From Octopus bimaculoides (taxonomy: Eukaryota): a stretch of DNA of 46,091 bases. The DNA is taken from NCBI RefSeq assembly GCF_001194135.2, contig NC_068984.1:129597686-129643776 (forward strand), read 5' to 3'. The position numbers and the translations under genes are program-made. The notes under the pieces were generated by a model, which worked only from the letters and a program-made list of their open reading frames with translations, ran no database searches and was not told the DNA's origin. Of the stretch, positions 29,234 through 41,200 are shown in pieces. Position 1 is the stretch's first letter, and each line of letters opens with the position of its first letter.

Positions 29234-32200
29234 TTTGTCTGTGTGGTGTATGTACTACTGCCTCCTTGCCATGACACTGATAGTTAGAAACAAATGTCTC
29301 TACCATGCAAGTGGTATCCTTTGTTTCCAATCTTCCATGGAAGACATATCAGGTCTTAAGGAATACCATCTTACTTGGAAACAAGTGAGGGTTCACAACA
29401 GGATGGGCATCTTGCTGTAGAAATTCTGCCTCAACAAAATTGCTCATCTCCAACCATCTTGTGATGACCAGGCAAGAGTACACACGTGTGCACATGTACA
29501 CATATGCAACAGATTTCTTTCAGTTTTTATCTATCAAACTTACTCAGAAGGCTTTGGTCAGCCTACGTCAACAGTAGATGCTTTCTCAAGATCACATGGT
29601 TAGGAAGCAAGCTTTTTAACCTCACTGACCTTATTTAATATTCAGGTGGTTGTCTTCGTTAATTAAAATCTCCTGGCTTGCTTAATTAATTGCACTAGTA
29701 CTTACTTCATAATTTATAAAATACTTTTGTTTTTGTTGCAACTGCTGCTCACTGTAAATTTATTTCCAAATCAGGTATTCATCCTACACAGATATCTGAG
29801 TCTTTCCAAAGAGCTGCCGCCAAGTGTATAGATATCCTACAGGAAATTTCTAGACCGCTTGAATTATCTGATCGCGAATCTTTATTGAAAAGTGCTTCTA
29901 CAGCTTTGAATTCAAAAGTAAGCTAAACTTTACAGAAATATTCTTCATTAGTATTAAAAGTGTGTGTGTGACAGTTGTAGAATTGAGGCTAGATTCGAAT
30001 ACGTTAAGTTTGTAACTTTCATGCTTCTAATGTCCTTACTTAGATCGATATTTTACACAAATTGGTTGTTTGAAACACTAATATATTAACTCCACAACCA
30101 TTGGCTGGCACCAAAAAGCCATAACTGAGTAGTCTTCTGTATAAGAAACGAAGTTTGGCCTCATTTTAGAAGAAATTTCCTGTCAAGACTTCCTGTTTGC
30201 CCTATACACATTTCATTATATTTAATGAAACTTTCAGACTTTTTCTTCCTTCGATTTTTGAGAATAATGCAGGGAGTTAGAATTAAAGGATTGTTTGGAC
30301 CTTTTTATAACCAAATTTTTGTTGAAATACACTGCCTTTGTTTCAATTAATTTTGAAATAATGAAGAATCTGGTAAAAAATATTTTTGTTATAATCAAAA
30401 CTAGTGTCTAGAATATAATTTAACATGAACGTTTTAACTGAGATCACTTTGAAAATGAAGTTTGTGTCTTAGAACAAAGGACTATCACAAGAAGCTTAAT
30501 AACAGAAAGTTATCATTTGCAACATTTTATTAATGACTGAAAATATTAAATATGTTGATTGTTGATTATTTCCATTAACTTTATTTTCTCTCTAGGTTGT
30601 TTCTCAGTACTCTAATATTTTGGCCCCTATTGCTGTGGATGCTGTGATGAAGGTTATTGATCCCTCAATAGCAGACAATGTGGACCTCAATGATATCAAT
30701 ATAGTTAAGAAATTAGGGTAAGTAGTTTTATTAGTCTCAACATCACTAACCAACGAAAGATATTTTTGTGTGTGCTTCTACATGAATTCAGCTGTGGCAC
30801 TCTCGATTTTAGTTTATGGTGATTAGGCTTTGTTGCGTGGGGAGGCATCAGTGTCGATGACATTTAGGTGTCCTGTGGGGCAGATCAGTGTGATTTATAG
30901 TCCCTTTGAATGGCTATAAGTCAGTATGTGTCAGAAGGGGATTGTTATGGTTTGATGTAGGGTGTGATGGGGTGGACACAATATAGATTGAATAGAGGAA
31001 TGTGGGTTTATATAGACATAGTATACAACTAACTAGTTCAGAGGAGCAGAAGCCATTGTGGTAGCAATAGATTAGGTATAGGAGAGCTTGTGTGTTGCTA
31101 ATGTCAGATTTTGGTGGTACTATCTACAGTGTCTTTTTTTTTCTAGTTCTGAAAAGGAAATCTTATTTTGGGATGCAGTTGGGTCACCATGAGAGATCAT
31201 TAAAGACTGAGACAACTTTTGTAGTGACTTGAAGGGTTTTAATTGTATTGGTCAGGTTAAGGAGGTTGAGGTACAAATTATTTTCTTCATTTGAGCAGGG
31301 CTTATGTTTTTGTGCTGTTAATAATATTGTGAAGTCTCCATTGGAAACACTTTCTATATGAAGGCAGTACACATTTGATGGGAAATACCTAAGTTGTGTG
31401 TGGATGATGCCTATGTTGGGGGATTTAATTCAGTGTATCATCTGCACAAGTGTGCCAGGGAGAGTCCAATCATTGCAGACTGATTTGTTAGGAAGTAAAA
31501 TTTGACTAGTGCATATTAATTTCCATTATGTCCTTTATATTGTATCAAAATTTCATGCATTAATTTGTAAAGTTAAGGAAGTTATTAAAAACTGAAACCC
31601 ATCAGAGACTTTTTGGACACCCTGTATATATCATTCATCGTCATTTAGCTTCCATTTTCCATGCTGGTATGGATTGGTCTGTTTGACAGCTGTCCAGACT
31701 CCAATTCTCCATTGTGGCATGGCTTCTACAGCTGGGTGCTTTTTACGTACCACCAACACAGGCACATTTTTGCAACACTGACACCTGTAAAAGACAAGCC
31801 TGCATATATGGATGACGGTGATTTTACTTGGCTTGATGCATCTTCTCAAGTATAGCAAATCGCCACAACTCCCATTGTCTTGTCATTTCTCCAGTGAGGC
31901 CCTGCATCCGAAGATCCTTTCTCACCACTTTGTCCCACGTCTCTCTGGGTTTACTCCTTCCACAGGTTCCCTCGTACCAGCATAGAAAAACAGACATTAA
32001 ATGATGATGTGTGTGTGTATGTACACACATAGATACATACTCACATATAAAAGATGTTATGCAATGAATGTTTTCTTCTTACAGTGGTACAGTTGATGAC
32101 ACTGAATTGATTGATGGTCTTGTATTCAACCAAAAGACAGCTGGATTTGGAGGACCAAGCCGTGTTGAAAAGGCCAAAATTGGGCTAATCCAATTCTGTA

Positions 32201-35200
32201 TTTCTCCACCAAAGACAAACGTAGGTGTTTCACCACTCTCCTCCCTCTTCGGTTTTTTTAATATTTTTTTTTTTAATCACATCAGTTAGTAAAATTAATT
32301 TACCTTTCCATTTCAGATGGACAACCAGGTAGTTGTTTCTGATTACTCTCAGATGGATCGTGTTTTGAAGGAGGAGAGGCAGTATCTTCTCAATATTGTC
32401 AAACAGATCAAGAAAGCTGGCTGTACTGTATTACTCATTCAGAAATCAATTTTAAGGTTAATTGTTTTCTCCCTTTCACACTTTATATTGACTCGTATTT
32501 GATGGCATAAAAGATACATGGGCGTATTCAATGCATCCTAATTTCAACAGCATATATTCAGGGGAAAATGTATTAAGTGCATTAAAGCATTTAAAACAAT
32601 CTAGCACTGTATTAGAAAAGTGCCTTAGCCATTGCAGAAAACATTACTGTATATTAAAAGTAAGTTAGCAGCTCAACATAAAGCAAGAAATAACTGTAAT
32701 GAAGATATCCTACAGGAGTATAATAATGTAAACAATTGCAGCGTGGAAGGTGTTTACAAGCCATTTAAAATAACACACAAAGACTGTTAGATTCACTTCA
32801 ACATTTAAATTTAATTTGTCAAAATATTTTCGTCACTTTGAGACCGCGACCTGTTCACTAACAAAATTCTGTGCTGCAGAATCCAGCACACGATCTCAGA
32901 TCAAGTCACTTGCTATGCAAGTACATCTCTGTAATATAATAATGTAACCTACAAGAAAAAGAATAAATGCCAGCTTTGGTTGTTATTTCACTATACTGTA
33001 GAAACACACAAGATATAGATAAATAGAAAAATACAGGTTATCAATTACAGATATCCGTTCAAATTGAAGCCAGAAGTTTCTTAATAGTTTACTGAACAGA
33101 AAGTACATAGAAGCTGTCTTCACATAACAAATATATTGTGTGTTACTGTGATATAGTATACCACTTACTAGAATATATTGAAGTAGTGTAGTCAAGAATA
33201 TCACTAACTTGGCAAATCAGTGTCTGTAAGAACAAGTGCTAGAGGGTAGCCTGGTCCTTAGCTACTCAATGACCTTAGACTTTCATTTGTTTGGGAATTG
33301 ATTAAATAAGTACCAATGCTATATTTGGGTTTTAGTTATTTTTGCTTTCTTCACAAGACTAACCATCAAAATTTACACATGCTGTTTGTATTGGTTGTTT
33401 CAGGGATGCAGTTAGTGACCTTGCTTTACATTTCTTGGCCAAAATGAAGATTATGGTCATCAAAGATATTGAAAGAGAAGACATTGAATTTGTCTGCAAG
33501 GTAGAGTTTTGTTTTTTTTTTCTTTCCATACTTACTTGGCTTATATATTTCAATGGGGCAGGGCAGTAACTCCATCACTTTTTTTTTTTCTTTTTTTTTG
33601 TCTTTTATTTTCATCCTGNNNNNNNNNNTTTTTTCTTTTTTTTGTCTTTTATTTTCATCCTGTTTGGTCATGTGAATTAATTACTGATAATTCTCATTTT
33701 AAGTCAAGCTCCAAAAAACAGCTGAAAATGGGTTGGAACCTAGCAATAATAAAAGAGAAAAAAAAGAAACAAAGAAAAGAAATGAAAAGGAAAAATTGGT
33801 TACTATTCCTAAATGATATTTAAATAATTTCTTCAAAGAACATTTCTTGAAGCAATTAGATCTGTGAAAATTCACGTTTTCCAAACTGTTCTACTCTGGC
33901 TCGCTGTGATAGCAGTTATATTTAATGTAGTTGTATGTGATTGGATCATTCTCTTTTAGATATCCTAGAGTCTGCAATTTCGAGAAAGCGATGACCAACC
34001 TAGTCTGCAAGCCAATTTCAGTGCCCAATTTGATTCCACTATACTTGTTTAGTTATGCTGCTTAATGCTATTAGGAAAGTCATGAATATCACTTTCTTTT
34101 TCTTTTTGTAACTCTCTAATAAATCATTGTATTTTTTGAAGACAATTGAGACAATAAAAGACCTGATAAAAGAGCATTGTTGTTTGGGCTTTCGGTCATG
34201 TGATCATTAATAAAATATGCATCAGTAGGTGTCATACAACTGAGAGATCAATAGATGATTGTATCCTCTCACTGGTGCTGCATGTATCTTTGGCAGAACT
34301 TAAATCCCAATAGCTGTATCTACAATCTCTGACATTTAATACTTCTACTTTTACTTTCTCTGTGTGGATAAATATAACATTTCTGTTATTATTCCTTACT
34401 TTAACTAATGTTTGTATTAAACTTCACCTCCGGGTAGACTATTATTTCTACATGGATAGTCACAATTTTCATATACTTAGCTCTAAATAGGCACCACTTT
34501 GTTCTATATAACAGTAGCACTGATAGTAGGTAGGTACTAACTGTGAGATAGTCCACTATGACCAAAGTTCTTATCAAGAGAATGTTTCTCTATCTACTTG
34601 AGACTTTAGAAACCCTAGGCATTGGAAAATGCCTGTAAAACAATACAAAATAAAAAGAGCACTTTCTTAACCCTCTGGTATTGTTCTGTTTTGACAAGTT
34701 TGGTTGTGGTTTTACTTCATGGTGTTAATATTTTTTGCATTGCAGAGTTTAGGTTGCCGTCCAATTGCCAGTCTTGACCATTTTGTTTCTGAAAGTCTTG
34801 GATCTGCTGAATTGGTTGAGGAAGTGGATAGCGGTGGTGGCAAAATTGTCAAGGTAATGTAACAAATTTCATGACTTTTAACTTTGGTAACAAGGTTTAG
34901 GTTTTTCATAGGTACAGCCCCTTAAAAATCCCCTGCGTATTATACTTGAGGATTTATGGTAAAAGAAAGCAGCACTGAATCTGCATAATTTACTACATCC
35001 CATCCCAACATTTGTGATCTTGTGCCTATTATGTTACATGTGTTCTATGTAAGCCAAATGAGTTTGATTTCTCTGTCACCTATTTCAACCCTTACATTTC
35101 TTCTTCCTTTAGATCACTGGCATTGCTAATCAAGGTAAAACTGTATCTGTTTTAATTCGTGGTTCCAATAAATTGGTTCTGGAAGAAGCTGACCGATCTA

Positions 35201-38200
35201 TACATGATGCTCTCTGTGTCATTCGCTGCTTGGTAAAGAAAAAGTAAGTTGCTCTCTTTTCTCTAATTTTACAGGCTCCCCACTTGAAATTCATATCCTA
35301 GAGAAAGTTTGGGGATTCCACTGTAGCAACTGTTTACTCTTTTACTTGTTTCAGTCATTTGACTGTGGCCATGCTGGAGCACTGCCTTCAGTCAAGCAAA
35401 TCGACCCTATGACTTATTCTTTGTAAGCCTAGTACTTATTCTATTGGTCTCATTTGCCAAACCACTAAGTTATGGGGACATAAAAACACCAGCATCGGTT
35501 GTCAAGTGATGTTGGGGGACAAACATATACACACACATACATGTATATATACATATATACGATGGACTTCTTTCAGTTTCCGTCTACCAAATCCACTCAC
35601 AAGGCTTTGGTTGGCCCGAGGCTATAGTAGAAGACACTTGCCCAAGGTGCCACGTAGTGGGACTGAACCCGGAATCATGTGGTACCACACAGCCACCCCT
35701 ACACCTTTTGGGGTGATTTTTAATTACACTGATAGTAAATTAATATAAAATCATTAATCTTATCTAATAAATTATGCATATAGTAGTTTTTTTGTTTTTT
35801 TTATGTGTGATAAGGGAGTTGGGATAAGGAATTAGTAAAGGTGGGTGAGTGCAGGAAGAGAGTTAATAATCTCTACTCTCTTCAATATCTGACATTCACT
35901 ACTTCCACTATAACTTTCTGTACATGGACTTGAGTGTGTGTGTATGTATGTACATGGTCTGATCAATAAGTATCCGGACTGTTGCTATAATCACGAAGCT
36001 AAAGCACAGAGTAATCTTGAACTCTGCTGTACATGCATTCTAGTTCATGTCCGCTGTTTACAGCCATGCTTGGAAGGAAGGTGCATAGTGTGTGATTGTC
36101 GCATTGACCATGACAAGAGTTGAGCAGAGAATCTGCATCTAATTGTGCATAAGCTGGTGCAGAGAGCATAACGTGAAATTTTGATGGAATTTCACTTCAA
36201 AAAATGGGGAATCTGTGTTGGAGAACCAAAAGCAGTTTCAGGTGAGTTGGTATCAAAAAGGGCTGAACAATCATCTTTTCCACTGATAGTTTCAATGTAT
36301 CCTGGTTTAGGCATATAACACTTAAGTTCTGATGATGTTTTACTTATCACCATCACCAGTGCTCATTAGTCTCTCTCTGAAAATACAATAGAGCCTTATT
36401 TCTAAAATCAATCTCTGCTCTTATATTGAAAATAGGTCATCTTATAATATCACACTTAAAGGACCTACCTATTTGTTTTCACTTTAAACCAAACACTCCT
36501 TTCTAGATGTTAATGCGGCTCCCACTCCTAGATAACCTTTCACAGAAATGCCTACATTAATGAGTAAAGACATTGAAAACATCCTTGATTAGGACATGAC
36601 AGCCTAATTGCTTTTAAGAGTACTACTTAGCCTTATTTATGAATGACAGAGATAACACCTTCAAACTTACATTGTATATTAATCATTCTGGTTGTCACAT
36701 AGCTATATCAGCCAAAAAGTGCATTCAAAAGGCTAGGCATTTTTTTTTTTTTTTTCTTCAGAGCTAAACACTAAGCTCTGAATTACTATTGAAACCATAC
36801 AAAGCTACAGTGTGCCTTATACTGGATAGGAGCAGCTGTTTTGTGCACACATGCAAACACAGGCTAAACTAAACCTTACCTACCTAATTGCAAACCTTTA
36901 CTCAGTGCTACTAATTACCTCAGATACACTATTCTTGTTTCTGCAGCATCTACTATGTACACCCACCTAATTCACATATATTTTTCTCTTTTTGTCAGTT
37001 ATGCTCCCCCATCTCTAAAACCTTTACATCAGACATCATACCTCTCTCTCTCATGATTTCAGAGCTAGAGCTCCCTTCTTGTCTCCACCCTCCCCACATC
37101 TACTTTTACAACTCTGAGAGTACCTGCAATAATTGTAAGAACTAATTCTCTGCATTAAAATCTATATAAAAAACAGTAAGATGACAAACTACATGCACAT
37201 TTATTTCTATACAAATTGTGTTTTCCTACATAGTCTGCAATTTCCATATGGAACTGTTATTTCTGGACTAGCAGCATAGTCATCATTAATTTGAATCATT
37301 ATATGAATTGCTATTACTGATATCCATGTAGAAACTAGGCAGACACTGACTCCAATCTCCACATGACTGGCTTTCATGTTTGAGAGTCAACATTTCCATT
37401 TAGCTCTGCTTAAAACTACTTTTAATATTGTGAAAGACGGCATCTGGTTACTATAAACCTTTCATTATTTACTCATTCACATTTACCTATTTTCTAAAAG
37501 TTTTTGTATATTTTTCTATATAGCAGTTTGCTCTTTTTAAATTATGTAAAATTATATAATCTTCAGAAGTTAAATTATTTTCAAATCATCAAGTAAAATT
37601 GTATCAAGCATAACACAGGGTGGATTTTAAGCCATGGTTTTTAAATAGCTCTTCCAGTTTTAGAAGAAACAAGGCCAATTGTGGGCCAAAACCATTTCAC
37701 TGTTTATTTCCATTTATTTCAATGCCTGTCTTCCATATTATTGCAGCAAAGGCTAGTTACTGTTCAAAATGTAAACAAAGGAGATAGGGGGGTGGGGTGA
37801 AAATGTTTTTACCATAAATGCAATAATTGGGATTTAGTAAGCTATATAATGTATTGAGTAAATTCATTTTATATCTCGATACGTGATCAAAATCTAAAAT
37901 AGCTTTGCATATTAGATTTGACTTGTACTTGTAGTTTTGAGACAAAAAAATCCATAAGATTTAAAAGTTATTTGATACGTCACTTTAATATATCAGTAAA
38001 TAAAGTAAAGTTGCAAATAGATTATGAAACCAGTCTCAAAGGTTGAAAGATACTTTTGCAAGTCTTTAATTTACTTCAAGCGCCAGATGCTCACTTTTCC
38101 TGTCTTTTGCAGAGCCGTGGTAGCTGGTGGCGGTGCTCCAGAGATCTACATGGCACTCCGTCTGATGCAGATGGCTAGTAACCAAACCGGCATGGAACAA

Positions 38201-41200
38201 TATTGTTTCCGAGCATTTTCTGAAGCCCTGGAGGTCATACCTTACACTTTGGCTGAGAATGCTGGCCTAAATCCTGTCTCTACAGTCACTGAACTTAGAA
38301 ACCGATATGCCAAAGGTGAACGAGATGCTGGCATAAATGTGAGGAAGGTAAGTTTCTTTTACATGCATCTTTTTGTGTAGATGCAATGGTTTAGTACTTG
38401 AAGCAGTGCTTTAACTGCTGGATGATAGCTTTTTAGCTGTCAAGCAAACTGGAACAAGGAATATTTTCTTCGGGACTACAACATAATGTTAGGATTCTGT
38501 AGTAGTCAATAGTTGTTTGTATGTTACTTTTTAATTTTTTTTCTTTTCAACGTTTTATGTGAAAGTATATTTAGCACTTTAGCATTTAAGCTGACCATAT
38601 CCAGCCAAAATATTCTTCCTGTTTTATGTTGAAACTGGCCAGTTCCAACCTCTCGTACCTATCCTACAATATTCTGAAGAACAATCTCATCATTGAAATC
38701 TCAAAGGTATGAGATAATGTGTGGATTAGTTCAAAACAATGGGAATAAATGAATATTACTTTTGACAGAGTAATCTGAATGCTAAAGGGTTATTTTCAAA
38801 TTTTTTTGTTGTACAATAACAATCTGTAATAATTGCTATTATTTCCATTATCGAAAACTAATAATTTAAAAAACCTTTTTAGGGGTTAAGGGGTCAGTTG
38901 AAAGACAGTCAACTTTGCTGATTTTAAACACAAAATATAAAGCGATGTATTTAGATGGCACAAAAAAAACATTTTGTTCAATACTCTATCAATTCTACCA
39001 TTCGAATAATGAGTTTAAACTCCAGTTTGTGTCAAGTCACATCTGTAACTGATAACATGCTACAAATTCCAGGTCTTCTTATTAAGCTCCCTCCTCAGGT
39101 TTGTGATATCTGTATTGTTAGTCTTCTGACTTAAGGTTATAGCCCTAATATTCTACAGTAATGTGCTTCCCAGAATTGCAATGAGACTCTAGAGGTGCTC
39201 TGGCATCTCGTTCCCACCATCTCTGTCTTTCCAGTTACTGCCTCTCACACTTATAATGTTGGCTAGCCCTGTATCTCTGATGTAGCAAGGCATACTTTAT
39301 TCTCCCAACATCTGGCATAAAGCCACCACCACCCTCTCTCAAATATGCCCTCTTTCACTCAGTCAAGAGTGTTTTTTTTCCTTATCTTGTCTTGCAAGTT
39401 AACTGATAGCACAAAGACAAAAAAGCACCCAGTACACACTGTAAATTGGTTGTCATTATGAAGGGCATCCAGCCATAGAAACCATGCTAAAGGTCAACAT
39501 TGGAGCTCAACATAGTCCTGCAGCTCATTGGATCCTTTCAAACCGTCCAAACCATACCAGCATAAGAAAACATGTTAAATGATGGTGAGGATGATGTGGG
39601 GGAAAGAAATGAGCCAGTAGTCCTATACTTTGTCTACAAAACCATTTCACCTTTGTTTTCTGATGCTAAACGTTGGAATGTGAATGTATTAGAATGAAAT
39701 ATAAACTGTCTGACCTAATGTAAATCTAATGGGAGTGTATCAGCAGTTGGTTTCAGTTTACTTGACAGCTAAAGGAATCTTTCACTCACAGTAGATTTGG
39801 CTTTGTCTATTTCTCAAATATATCAAGTAATGTTTTGCTTAATATTTTCCAGGGTGCTATAACTAATATTTTGGAAGAAAATGTTGTTCAACCTTTACTA
39901 GTCTCCACAAGTGCGATATATTTGTCAACTGAAACTGTCCGAAGTATCATGAAAATTGATGATGTGGTAAGTGTAAAACTCTTTAACTTTTTGATTATTC
40001 TTCTGTTTGGTTTACTCTTTTACTTGTTTCAGTCATTTGACTACTGTGGCCATGCTAGAGCACCACCTTTAGTCGAGCAAATCGACCCCAGGACTTATTC
40101 TTTTGTAAGCCTAGTACTTATTCTATCTGTCTCTTTTGCCGAACCGCTAAGTTACGGGGACGTAAACACACCACCATCGGTTGTTAACCAATGGTGGGGG
40201 GACAAACACAGACACACAAACACACATACATATATATATATATATACATACGACGGGCTTCTTTCAGTTTCTGTCTACCAAATCCACTCGCAAGGCTTTG
40301 GTCGGCCCAAGGCTATAGAAGAAGACACTTGCCCAAGGTGCCACGCAGTGGGACTGAACCCGGAACCATGTGGTTGGTAAGCAACCTACTTACCACACAG
40401 CCACTCCTTGTTTACTTATAAAGTGAATTAATTGGTTTGTATGCATTTGTAATCTAAAGTTGTTCTCCATTGGAAGAGTGCCATCTATGGTTCTGTCACA
40501 GATCCAGTCTGACTAATAAATGTTTCTACTATTCTTTATTTTCTTACTGTTTTGGTTTAACTATTGTATAGTTTGTTTCTAGTATTATTTCTAGTGTGCA
40601 GGTAAAATCATAGATATGTGCAGGCATGGCTGTGCTATGGTTAACCATGTGATGTCAGGTTCGATCCCACTTTGTGCCACCACAAGCAATTATCTTATTC
40701 TATGGCCTTAGTTCCACCAATGTTTGTCCTAAGGAGGTGCACTAATAGAATCATTAGCCCACTGGACAAAATGCTTGGTGGCATTTCTTCTGACTTTACA
40801 TTCTGAGTTCAAATACCACTGGGGTTGATAAAATAAGTACCAGATGAGTGCTGGGGGTTTCCCATGAAATTGCCAGCCTTGTTCCAAAATTTGAAACCAA
40901 TATACATTGTGTGTCCTGTATCTGTTACCAGTGTATATTGCCAATGGATATAGACACCAGTGAAATAACCAAAAAGGCAGTGTCTTTTTTTTTTTAATGA
41001 AGCTGCTTGTGATATTTGTTCTACATTGAGCTATAGACACTCCCTTGTCTCTCCTGCCATCAGAAATCTGGTGAATCAGTGATTGACCCATTAGGAACTT
41101 GTAGTGCTATTTTTCCCTAATTGTGATATAAACCAAATTTTAAAAATTCAAATAACTCTTTTATGCCAATGGTCTTTGAAAAAGAAAAACTTTGCAATAT

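Noticed and set aside
33575-33665. Direct duplication ttttcttttttttgtcttttattttcatcctg on both sides of a 10-N gap
   Set aside because: Typical unmerged contig overlap at a scaffold gap, so an assembly artefact.
33965-34010. tttcgagaaagcgatga region as a second hammerhead
   Set aside because: The flanks are a direct repeat (agtctgcaa twice) rather than a stem, and no core can be built.
34219-34337. Possible H/ACA snoRNA in CCT4 intron 9 (hairpin gcatcagt/actggtgc, downstream ACAttt)
   Set aside because: No ANANNA H box at the expected position, no convincing second hairpin, and I could not match the pocket to rRNA from memory. A snoReport or Infernal search would settle it.
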